From: Dicyema japonicum
Lineage: Eukaryota > Animalia > Dicyemida
Reading direction: 5' to 3'
Assembly (NCBI GenBank): GCA_011109175.1
Contig: RDEW01000015.1
Span: 1,181,481-1,245,480, forward strand
DNA length: 64,000 bases
Part shown: positions 12,256 to 23,904 of the stretch, one piece after another
Position numbering within the stretch: the stretch's first letter is position 1
Layout: each line of letters opens with the position of its first letter
Program-made: the position numbers and the translations under genes
Notes under the pieces: generated by a model
The model's database searches: none
Told to the model about the DNA's origin: nothing
The model's input: only the letters and a program-made list of their open reading frames with translations

Positions 12256-14148
12256 ATGATTAAAATTTCCCTCAATGCTTTCATTCCAGTAAATTTCAAT
12301 ACTCAATACAAATTATTTTTTGAAGTACTAAATCTCTTACTCTTAGACCGCCTATGGGCTCATTGTAGAATTCGAGTCAAATCTCCTTCTAATAACAGAA
12401 GTAATCAACAATTCCCTGTCATTTGAGAGCGGAGTTAGGCCGGGCGCCCACGTTGAAAGCATAAACAACATAAAAATCTACAGACATAACATCGATAAGA
12501 CCATCTTCAGTCTATCCCTTCCATCAGTGGTTTGTCCTCATCTTATTTGAGGTCACATTGATTTTAATAAACAACTCATCCCCTCATTACACTCAACATT
12601 TTAAATCTGGACTGTCTGTCAATCAGACATTCTTCCTTTTTATTTCCCCAAATTCAGAAGTATTATTTTATTTCTAACAGTAAGAAGGAGCCTGTTTGCT
12701 TTTGTCGAGGAATCCAGTCTTCATATTGGTTCAGAATAGTACTTCAGTCCATGAGTGACCTCACTGTGGATTTTGGTGGTAAAAATTCATCACAGTTTAT
12801 TATATAATGAAAATCAGCTCATATCTAATTGAAAACGGTAAAGAAGTGCTCGCTTCCTTTCTGACGGTAAAGGATCAGGCTCAAAATCAGTATATCTGCG
12901 TTTTCGGAGTATCAGTCGAACTGTTTCTGTTATCCTCATTAATAGTCTCTCTGACTTTTCTCAGTTACGGATTCTCCATGGATTATTGGTTGAATTGATT
13001 AAACTAATCTGTGACGACTGGACACGGTTTACGATTGTTATGACCTCCAGCCTCTTCAAGGCCAATTCGACAGTGGTCAGACTGCTGGACTCTTTCTTGC
13101 TCTCAATTATTGGCTTCTGTGAGAACAACTTTGATTTGCTCCTGTTTTTTCTAAATTTCGGTTATTCTGGCCTCCCCCAAAACTCCCTCTCCTTAGAAAA
13201 TCTATCCACCAATTTAAGCATCTATTTGACTGAACGTCAGGTGGATCTTTTGGCTAATTTTAAGTCAAAATCTACGACGGAGGAGTTATCTCACCAAATT
13301 AGGGGATTAGCTGTTCTGTACAAGGTTTTTGGTTTATTTTGAGAAAAGGGGTACTTGGTGTATAACCAACTGGAGAACAGTGTCGCCAGAACATTGATTT
13401 TTGTGGCCATATTTGTGTTACCCTGTTACAAGTTTGATATTCCTTTCCGATTGACGATTTCCACTTATGAACAGTCACATGTGTTGTACTATGTGAAGGG
13501 ATTAGTTTATTGGTTTATTGGTAGGGGGATTTCATATTTATTACTTTATACACGGCCAAGTCTGATGCAACCGGGGATGACGTCTTCTTTGGTTGTTTGA
13601 ATGAGGGGCTGACTGAGTTTTTGGAAGGGGAGAGTCGGAGACTGTTGAATGACGAGTTGGAGACATTAATGACTTTAGATTAAAAGTCCTCACGTTCGAT
13701 CGTCGTGATTTGATCAGTCCTGTATTTCAAAATAAAGGTTAATGTCTGATTATAATGGTAGAGAAAGAAGGACTCCCCCTGTTTGTGATATTCTACAATA
13801 AATTAAGACACAACAGTGTGTTATATGTTAATAATGAAATCGAAAACTTTAATATTTGGCACTGTTTTGTGCATCAGGGAATACATTTGATTAATGCGGA
13901 GAAAAGCTACGAGTCGTGTTCGGAAATGAGTATAAGGGAGAGTAATTGGTCCACTGTTCTGTAAGGATTGGTCTTTCATTAGATATTCACGGGAAAACGC
14001 TAGGCTGTTCATTTTCCGCGACGAAAATTCAACTGGGTTTTACCATTTGGACGTGGAGAGACTATTTAATAGACATTCTTTTTGATTTATTTGTTATTTT
14101 GATTACTAGTCTAATTACAACTACCAATCTGAAAGGATCCCCCTAGGA
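12256..14148 (+). CDS. PDZ-domain-containing protein, multi-exon; possible last exon continues after the hAT insertion to 15682
   Basis: Spliced frame YGLIVEFESNLLLITEVINNSLSFESGVRPGAHVESINNIKIY fits a PDZ fold; 22-25 nt introns (e.g. gtactaaatctcttactcttag). Downstream exons are not assignable to a family. Confidence 0.55.
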
Positions 14149-15536
14149 CAGGGGTGGCCAACCTTTTTCGCTCGCGAGCTACTTTTTACATAGCAATTTT
14201 CTGGCGATCGACGTATACATTTTTTTGTATTTTAATAACATTTTTTTAATATTAGACTTTATTTAACAAAACAGGAGAACAAGAAGCAAACGCGTCAAAA
14301 AGGGGAGAATTTTTATTTTATAATAAAAAATTAAATGCGATTTTAGGCATTGTAGTTATCCTGCAATTATTTCGAATTTTGGAACATATAAGCTTATTGC
14401 TATTCTCATGCAATACTTAAGGTGGTCATCTGCTAAATGGGTCCTGTATTGAGATTTTATCATTTTCATGCTCGAAAATGATGTCTCGGATAATTACGTG
14501 CTTCCGAAGCACGAAAGAATTCGTTGATATGCATCAAATAAATTGGGATATTTTTCTGGAGAAATAAATTTCCACGTGTTGACATTTGAATTTACTTTAA
14601 AATGATGTCATTTTTTAGATTTATAATTTCTATTTGAACGTCAAAAATCTTTCTAAATTTTTTATAAACATTTTCGATGTGAGTCTTCATGAACGGAGAA
14701 GGAAAGAAAGTGCATAAAAGAGTAATTTTCTTGAAATCGCCAAATCTGTGATTAAACTCGTTCATTATATTTTTCTAGTACCATAACGAATTCTTTTACA
14801 AAGATTTTTAACAAGTTGTTTTGTGAATTCTTCTCTTCAATATTAGGAAAATTGATAAAATTTTCTTTATTTTTCAAATCATCGAATCAGCAGCTTCCAA
14901 AATATGAATTTTAAAATATTTATTTTATTATTTATTTAATAACCCCGAAAGGGAACACCAAGAAAGAAGGAGTAATCCAACTAATTAAGTGATCCCGGTA
15001 TGCCTCAACAGGATCGAGAGGTTTTTCCTGTGTTCCTCCAGAGTACCACGGCTTTCCTGAATAATGATTTAAAATATAAACATCAGTGAAAGGTTTTTTG
15101 TGCTTTGTGATAAGGCGAGTCACACGTAATGATGCAATTGTTACATATTTGGACGAATTAATAATTTTTTTCAAACTATATGTTGAGAAAAAAGATTTTT
15201 TAATTGTTCGACTTTCCCTATCGTAAAATAGAATTTAAAGGAAAATCATTATTGAAATCGGGATGTAGTGAATTAAAATGCCTACAAAGATTTTCTCTTT
15301 TAGGTAATGAAATAATTTATTGTATAACATGCATTTTTCCACGTGCATCGTAAAATATAGTCTTTTTCCTTTTGGCATTAAATTTATATAATTCACACTT
15401 TTTGCTACATTTCATAACATCGGCGTAAAAAATACTAACTTTAACATTGATAAATATTTTTTATTATAATTTAAGTACAAAAAAATAATTTCCAATTTGT
15501 ATATCAAACGTTAAAAATCAATCGATTGCACCCCTG
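14149..15536 (-). mobile_element. Internally deleted hAT DNA transposon (SPIN/Charlie-like)
   Basis: Termini CAGGGGTGGC...GCACCCCTG; 8-bp TSD ccctagga/tcctagga (7/8). Minus-strand remnant ...HRFGDFKKI...PF and KSQYRTHLADDHLKYCMRIAIS..VPKFE is a hAT dimerisation domain. Confidence 0.88.
14925..15060 (-). mobile_element. LINE family C 3' end nested inside the hAT element
   Basis: LLRHTGIT* ending; near-identical to 23905-24030; possible TSD tttaaaatat. Confidence 0.75.
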
Positions 15537-15704
15537 TCCTAGGACGACACTCTTGTTGGCCTAACCAACCCAATTTGGTTAAAACTCTGTTGACCGGCTT
15601 CGGAGACGTTGTCGAAACCATTTGTCAATCATACGGGATTTTCTTCGATGTTCGACTTGGAAAGAAACTCTTAACCATGTAAGAGCGTGCAACCGAACAG
15701 TAAT

Positions 15705-15900
15705 GTTAATCCATGACATTGAAAGGGTTCTTGACTTCTCGTTTTTTTCTTAATGTTTGTGTGAGAGTTCCAGAAGAACACTGATGACGGCGTCACTCGT
15801 CAACCCAAAGCATCATAGATGCGTGGAACCTTCAGCCAAATGGACAGCAGCAAGATTCAAACCAGAAACCTCATGATTTTGGTCTGGCGTAGCTTCTATC
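15705..15900 (-). mobile_element. SINE subfamily B
   Basis: Shares head, core and body with 52850-53160 (gaccaaaatcat...gctgctgtccatt...gacgagtgacgccgtcatcagtg...gagaagtc.agaaccctt.caatgtc). Confidence 0.7.
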
Positions 15901-16439
15901 AGAATTTTAATTACAATCGCCAGTCTCTCCGATGATTGTCAGAAAATAATTTCCCATCTTAGAGATAAATAGACAATCTGTCTTTGACCCGTATTGGACC
16001 TTGGTTTTTCATTCTTCGGGTTCATATGTTCTCGCTGTTCTCGTAGTGTATCCAGTTTTTTTTCTAGTTGGATCCGAATACCTTCTTGGGATTTATCTGT
16101 TCATCTTTTTCCCAAACAAGTTACCAAAAATTCTGATTATTTCGATAAACTTTAGTGCATTGATTTCCAGCTATTTTTCCATATTTTAGATACCTCCATC
16201 AAAAATTCAAAAATTTCTTAACGGATTTTATGTCCCTACATCGTCTCAACTTGCATTTAGTTTCAATTTTTTAGTTTTGTATTCATTTTTTCAAAATAGA
16301 ACTTTTTGCATAATTCTCCAAGTAGTTAATTTTAATTTCATTAACCCAGGAATCACAAAAGTTATAGTCTAAGATAAGTGACCCCGGTGTCCGTAACAGG
16401 CTTTCTCCTGCGGTTAGTTTAGGAGTCCTGTATTATTAT

Positions 16440-18230
16440 GATTATTATTATTAAAAAGCACTCCCGAGAAAACATAAAATTAGTTAAGTTTTCCTTGTTG
16501 CCGTATTCCGAATTATCCTCCCAGTCAGCTCCGACAATGATCTTCCGTTGCGCGCTAGTTCTCTAGGTAGTCCAGGTGTCCGCCATTTCCATTATAATGT
16601 CAGATGCTGCTCACACTATTGTAACACAGCGAATCAGATCTGATGGACTGAAAATCCGAAACCATAATGTCGGCAGACCAGTGGGAGGGTAAAAAGGTGG
16701 AATCTGCCAAACACTTCTGTTCATTGTACGGTCCTTTTTGTCTGTTGTAGACAGCAGACAGAGATGTCATATTTTGTTAGATCGCATCCTAGTTGGTGTA
16801 TCTTTTAAGGTTGTTTAAGTTTTCTGCAATTAAAAGATCCGGAGTGAACGGAGAAGTCGGTAAGGAATAAGAATAAGACATAGTGCAATAGAGGCGTCGT
16901 CACCACCTCAACCGAAAATCCTGGATTACTTTTCACAAAAGGGAAGGTTTCTTTTCGTATTTCGGTTGGCGTCCAGATATAGATTTATGTCTGGCCAGAG
17001 GGGATGGTCAATTAAAATATTCCTAATGGTTTTATCCATGTCAGGCATTAGGAGTCTCCTTAGTAAGGTGAATCCAATGACGCCATCAGAGGGGAAGAAG
17101 AGTATATTTAAACCAATTAACCACATTGCACCACATGGCGCACGCGGCTTGCCGGTTGAGATAATCAACACAGAGCTTGTAGTTTTCATCTTTTGAACAT
17201 TAAACAAGTTTTCCGAGATATATTTCCAGTTTATATTATTCACATTGTAGTCAATAAATACTAAGCGGTTAAAGACGGATCCCGCACACAACTCAATATT
17301 TTGATGGAGATGACTACAACCACACAGGCTAAGTCACATAATCAATATGCGTAGTGAATAATCCAAACCCCGGTATCTCATTGAAAAATGACTTATTATA
17401 AATTTCAAATTTTTGATTAACAATATTCAATGGTCATTTCACATCTTGACTTAATGCAGCCATAGTATGCCTTATAATTAGAATTGGATTAACATTATTC
17501 GTATTGAAGTCGTTGATAATCAATGGATAATGTCTTTTAAGTAGATTCTTTCGACCGTTATCCAGCCAATTGTTATTTCATCTGAACTTTACTACCAAAA
17601 AGTGTAAAGAGGGAAAGTTTGTTGGGCTTTTTGCAACAAGTCCTATCGTACCTTGGACTCTCTTCCGTTTTACTCAGCATATTTAAAAACCTCTAGAAAA
17701 CAATTATTTTGAAGTAGAGCTAATTAGGTCGATTGGACGGTAGCATCCGTACAATAGTTTTTTCACTTCATGTATTTCTTGACCCCGGGTGACGAGAGAA
17801 AAAAAACATGTCCAATTTTTAGACTTGCGTTGAACATGTTCCTGAGTACTTTTGGTAGTACTTCTGGGCTTTTTTGAACACCTTGATTTTGATATAATCA
17901 TAGGATCTATCAGGTCTCTTAAGCACAATCTTGTTTGCGATTAACTCCGCATTCTTCACTCACAAGATATATTTCCTAGAATGAAGATTGCGTTTATTTT
18001 GTATTCGCAGTCAAGAACTCAACTTGCTCTCATTCCAATCTTTATTGCGCTCCAGCAATTGCTTTGCAGATCACTTATTGTGTATGCGCAGGGATCCTGT
18101 AGATCTATGTATTCTCTTAGTTTAGTCTTTAGATTATTTCTTTTCATCACAATCTTCTTGAGGTGCCATGAAATTGAGACAACATCATCGTTATTGAGTA
18201 TATTTTTTCTGTCGAAGCTTTCCAGGTAAG
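16440..18230 (-). mobile_element. Degenerate non-LTR element with RT remnants and an RLE-like C-terminus, (TAA)n tail
   Basis: YRPIDLISSTSKII (RT domain 1-like) near 17720, TPDLLIAE/DISV RLE-like motifs near 16800; 16440-16915 is repeated at 60362-60845. Confidence 0.55.
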
Positions 18231-18349
18231 TTGGGTTAGTAAGCTGCTTTTGAGTCTCAGAATAAAAATGTTGAAGTTTAATGGCAGAATGAATGACACT
18301 TCACCTAAATGACACAAGAGACCATACTTCCCGTACGTCTCTTCCCACT

Positions 18350-20810
18350 AATCTGTGAGAAAGCAAATAAGAGGAAATTGTGTATTCAATGTTCCCGTTG
18401 CCCTAATTTCACACTTCGGAATAAAAGCTAACAAGAAGGACTGCACAGTCTCTGCCAAATTGGTCATGTTCTTCATTCCTTGGGAATTACAGTCAGCAGA
18501 GAGAGTCATCTTCTGGATCTATCCTTGACTCTATCTAACCCAAGTGAATGTCTACGCCGCTTGTAATCAACTCGTGTCGGAGAGGGTCAGCCATCTTAAG
18601 ATCGCAAGATCGACGCGTCTAACAGCTAACTCCTGTCTTTCAAAGCTAATCGAAAACAATACTCAAGATGCCTGGATCTGCCTTCGCTGCTTTGAACCTC
18701 CTCTCCTCAGTTCATATCAAACATAACTGAAGGAAAGGAACCACAAATCAATCATCAAGAGAAATGCCTTTAAAAATGATACTGTTAACTTGGCGACTGC
18801 ATTTGGAAATCTTTCGATCGCTGATTAATCGCTCTCGTCATCCGGGTAAGGAAAGACAAGACGATCATGGTCGGAGACATTCGGGAAACGTTGCGTACAA
18901 TTTCCAGCGACGGTAAGGTTCTTTGTTAACAAAAGAAACCCTCAAACAGATCTTCCAAAAACACCCACACGCCCCAGTAGATCTGGGTGAGACTAAAATT
19001 GGGATGGACATTCCACATTTGAAAATCACCACAGGTGATATACGATCTGCTATTTAATCATTCTCAGGAAGCAGTAGTGCTGGCTTGAACGGCCTACGTA
19101 CGAACTATATTAAGGACCTTTATTACGTCTAGTGATATGAAGAACACCCAAATAAATTTAACCACAATTTTTACTGACCACATTCTTCGTGCACAGATTT
19201 TCTATTATGTCGCGAACTCCTTTTTGCATCAAAATTAATTGTCTTAAAAAATCTTGTAATGTGTTAAGATACATCGCTATAGCCAATGTACTTAAACTCC
19301 TGATATCGAAGATTACTGCCAGGGCAGTCTGTACAATTTTAAGTCCCAAACTGAGTTGAATTGGGATTCCTTATGGATGTGAAGCGGTAATTCATTCAAT
19401 CTGAAATTTCATTTAGAGACTGGGGGACATTCAGAATTCAACAATAGTTAAACTCAATGCTTTCAATAGCATTTGCAGAGATGGAATCATAGTGACGAGT
19501 GTTTTCAGGATCCGGAAATCAGCAGGATTGTAATCTCCTCATATAGTTCTCCACGCACGCTGATATTTTATCAACAAACCCTTGGATCCAAAACTGGAGT
19601 CCAACATGGCGATCCCCTTGACCCATACTCATCGTCTTTATTATCGATTTTACTGTTTTACCGATCAGAGCTCAAATTAATTTATTGCATCTGGATGATG
19701 CGACTATTGGAGGGAACTAAGAAATTGTGGTGGCAGAGGTTAAGTCCGCCATTTCTGCTCTCGCAGAACTTGGACTGGAACCGAATCCGTCCAAATGTGA
19801 AGCCTTTAACATTGCTTGCACATATGATGACTTTAGCCAAGCGCTGGCTATGATTTCGACTTACCTCCAAAATTTATAAGTCACCGAAATCGAAAACGCA
19901 ATTTTCCTCGACTTTCTTCTATATGACAAGAAAATGTCAACTCAGTTACAAGGGAAATATGCGTCTTTCCAGCTATTCTCGTCTGACCTAACAACTCTTT
20001 ATTATCACAGGTGCTATTTTTCCTCATAAATTTCCATCTCACGTCTCGTCTCCTTTTTTACGGGAAGCCCACTGTTTCACGGATATGAGTCTCCTAAAAA
20101 TCGAGAAACTAATGACTGCCGTAAAAGAAACACTTCAAATTTATTTGATATAACTGCCTAGATACAGTGTAAATTACCCCTTCGCTGTTGAGGAATTGGG
20201 ATCGCTCAACAATTGAACTTGTCATCCAGATTTTCTTATCTTCGATCAACGCAAGTCCCATGCGTCAGATCCTACTCCACATAAACGGATCGCAAGCTGA
20301 ACAGAACGCTCATAAACAATGAGACTGGGATAAAATATTATGCTCCAAAACTATTGGCTGAATGAAACTGGAATTTGACCAGCATCTTCTGGCATGCCTA
20401 GCTTCTACATCGACGAACAAAAGTGGTAATGTCTCAGAGCCTTCCCATGCACCTCCCTTCGGACATTATTGGATGACGACGCCACGAGAATGTGGATTTG
20501 CGTCCGCCTCGGAGTGGATATTTACTTTATTCATTGCTTTAGATATGGAAGGATAGTTTTTGCTAAGTTCTTCACGCTCTTTCCTGCCAGAGGAGTGCTG
20601 GAAGGACTCCAAGGCACGGAGGCATCAACGGAGTTATTACTTGAGTCTCCAGCATCTGCCATCAAGAAGACATCCACGATCACGTCGCCAATGATTCCGA
20701 AATCAAACGCATTACTTGAGGGTTTTACTGCGAATGGCTATCTGAAGAGTGCTGTTTTTATTTACCTAACTTTTTTCAAGTGAAACCGGTGGCTAACAGG
20801 AAAGTAACTA
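18350..20810 (+). mobile_element. CRE-clade element, heavily degenerate, near full span
   Basis: KIARSTRL..SCLSKLIE, GLNGLR..IKDL, KTGVQHGDPL, DDDATRMWICVRLG. Confidence 0.7.
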
Positions 20811-20834
20811 GAAAAATCGGAGACTTCCAAACTT

Positions 20835-21075
20835 ATTTATTTAGAATTGACAAGAAAGACAAAAATCAGAGAGAGAAAAACAGAAAAAAACGGAATCACT
20901 GAGAAAGACAAAAAAAACGTCAGAAAATCAGGTAATCCCAGTCAAACGAGCCATCAAACGTATTTATTCTCCCATTTTTCCCACTAACGTGCGAAAGAGC
21001 CTTCTTTCATCCCTGCAGAGAAATCCGATTAGGAGGGGAACTTTCTAACCAATCGACTTCCAAATTGATTACGAT
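20835..21075 (-). mobile_element. LINE family E 3' end
   Basis: IRLMARLTGIT* (ggg att acc tga) followed by a T-rich UTR containing gtgattcc and a taaataaa tail. Confidence 0.6.
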
Positions 21076-21141
21076 TATCTGAAAATAATCAGAAATATAA
21101 TCAAAAATAACGTTTTTTATATGATTAAAATAATTGATTGC

Positions 21142-21914
21142 ATGGATTATTCTAATTTAAACGGAGATGGAGTAATCAAAGAGCTATTCAAGTCATTTGT
21201 CCGATTATTGATTATTGTGTTAGTAATTATGACATTACCAATCTCTCTATTTTTTATCATTTATGTAAGTTATGGTAAATTACTTAGAATGTGATGGAAT
21301 ACGAGTCAGCAGTCAAGTTTACCTTTGGAAGAGTAAATACCAAGTTTTGTGAATCAGGTTTGTAATTTTTGAGATATTAAGGGATGCACATAGTTCTTCC
21401 TTTTATTGAAACAATTAAAATCTTCAGTCTGAGAACTAAAGATGATATTTACAGATTTAAAGGAGTTTTGTTTGTATTGATTAAGATTATGACCAAAGAC
21501 GTGGTTTTAATTGACGTTGAAATACTTATTTTATATTGCATACAAAATCCTCAAAATTTAATCCTTAAAATTGATGACATTAACAAGACGAGACATAATG
21601 TTATGGAATCCTCCGTTAAAGAGGTTATGGGACATTACAAGATTTCACAGATTTTATATTGCAGAGAATTAATAAATAACCAAATTTTAGTAAATAAATA
21701 ACTGATTTAAGGAACAATTCAATAATATCGTAAAACAATGGGGGTTGTACTTGGATATTGTAATAATGTTGATTTTTTATATCCTACATTTTAGAAAGAT
21801 GTCAAATTCTCTAACGAAATCAGAGAAATTATTTTAAAAGAGAATAAATTTTACAGCATGGAAGAAGTAAGTTTATTTTGACTTTAGGAATCGACTATAA
21901 CGGAAGTCGAATAA
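21142..21914 (+). CDS. Stomatin/SPFH (band 7) family protein with a short C-terminus; 6 introns of 21-27 nt
   Basis: Spliced TLPISLFFIIYNVMEYESAVKFTFGRV...GMHIVLPFIETIKIFSLRT...IMTKD...KQWGLYLDIVIIKDVK is colinear with stomatin TLPIS...EYERAIIFRLGR...ILTKD...WGIKVERVEIKDVK. One A is missing near 21808. Confidence 0.85.
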
Positions 21915-22599
21915 TAATTATGTTTGGTTATTCTGTTTTGAAAAATGTATTTTTTTCTTTGAGTACAGGGGTTTAATCTAAAGTTAAGATAGTTCAATGA
22001 GCCACGTCGACAAGTCACAGATTATCCGATTATCTTTTATTATTTATTATCCCTAGGCTTACAATCTTTGGTAAACCCAGGACAATGTCATTACTAATTG
22101 ATTAAGGAAAGAAGCCAAGGAAGATCATCTGCTTGTGCTGACCAAATCTATTCTCCAATAGTACATTACATGCTTCCGCTTCAGAGGAGAAATGGAGAAG
22201 TAGTCTTCCATTTTCATCACACGTCCTACCGTAGCGGACATCACTTCATTATTCAGAGGAAGAGTTTTCATAATGTAACGTTCAAAAGAGGATTTAGTCA
22301 GGTTGAAGATTGTCTTTTATTACTTAATTTTTATAATATAAGGTTAAACGATTGTTATTTGATTAAATTATTATTGACCCTTTGAGCAAGTTAATATTAC
22401 TACAGTAGGACCCCGCCCAATAGAAAAGTGCCCCAAATATAGAGGGTGCCCCAAATATAGAGAGTATACTAAATTATTACATTTTTAACCTCTCTATTCG
22501 TATTTTTAAACACATTTTTAACCTCTCTATTCGTATTTGTACCATCAAACTGCCATCACTATGAAATGAGTTTTGCAGTACATCTATCAATTAGGGATT

Positions 22600-23200
22600 G
22601 GTTATTCAAAGTATGGAGAGTTAATTACCGAATCGCTGTTGCATATGAGAAATCGATTATGTCAATCATTAATGTGTATCTTTCCACATAGGAAGATTAA
22701 TCACTCCAATAGATGAGCTTGATGATTTTTATTAGAGTCTATCTGAAATATAATCTCAACTCTGAAGACTAATTTTTGTTTGAGGAGAATGGAATTCCAA
22801 AGCAGTAATTAAACATTAATGAGAACTGTATTGGAAACTATAGAAGGAATTATCCCAACTCATCTGGAAACTGTCCGGTGACTTCTGTATTGTCTACGAT
22901 TTGCTTATATGCAGCACAACCTGTCAGCATGCTGACAGACGCAAGACCACACGGATTGGTTTGCAGAAAAATATAAAAAAATAAGAGAAAACAAATATTT
23001 TTTAACGAAATCGACAATATTCAAACAGATGTTCAAATGGCTACTAATGGACTCCCGTTCATATGGAAGAACATTGATGAATAGTGATCATAAGATCGTA
23101 GTTAGTAGGTTAAGACTCCGAAGGCTTATGTATATCCTATACGAACCGTGCTAAATTATAAAGGACACAGAAAATTTCTGCTGAAGAACTGGAAAATAAT
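22600..23200 (+). mobile_element. RTE-clade APE fragment
   Basis: NCIGNY, FCIVYDLLICSTTCQHADRRKTT; same family type as 36890-37380. Confidence 0.55.
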
Positions 23201-23256
23201 GCTATATTATTATTGATTATCCTGATTCTCAACTTTGTTCTCAACTCAAAGAGAAT

Positions 23257-23667
23257 CAGGGATTCTCAACTTTGTTCTCAGAGCAGAGAGATGGGAGAAT
23301 ATTATGTGGATCATCACTCGACATTAAAGGATGGAGCGATTATTTATATTATATTTTTTATTAAAATTTACATTTTTTTATATATTTTTAGGCCATTAAT
23401 ATAGATTTATTATCACATACCAGACATTCGTCAATCTGCAAGGAAAAACAGTTTTTTAAGTATATTTTTTAAGGAATCTTCAACGCTTTCAGCCATTTCG
23501 TCAGATCGGCGACGAATCGTATCATTACTTAAAGGTAAATTCTAGGAACATCAAAATAAAAAATATTTAAACAATAATACCATGTACCAATTTTTTTTCC
23601 ATGCCACCATTCGAGTATTTTTCATGTACCAAAAATGGTGCACATGCACCACGGTTGAGAATCACAG
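23257..23667. mobile_element. Possible hAT/Charlie-type MITE
   Basis: CAGGGATTCTCAAC ... GTTGAGAATCACAG imperfect TIRs (12/14); no clear 8-bp TSD. Confidence 0.35.
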
Positions 23668-23904
23668 ATATACAATACACTTATAGTTACAATTTTAGCA
23701 TATAATGCCATTAACTGAGGGATATCCAGAATTGAACTGTCAAAATGTGCACGTACCATCAATGGTAAAAGATATCTGTTATTGGGGATCAATGAGCTCA
23801 AGGAAATAATTATATTTTTTTTGGGTCAAAAAATTATGAGATTTTGAAATTGATTTTTAATGAAACTTTTATTCAAAAAATAATTAAGTTTTCTATAATT
23901 AATT

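Noticed and set aside
22402-22540. TA-CAGTAGG start with short tandem duplications (gtgccccaaatatagag x2; acatttttaacctctctattcgtattt x2), as a Tc1-like element
   Set aside because: No matching opposite TIR was found; may be a MITE end, but unsupported.
23221-23280. 10-bp perfect hairpin cctgattctc/gagaatcagg with a duplicated gattctcaactttgttctca
   Set aside because: Best explained as a rearranged hAT MITE terminus rather than a functional RNA.
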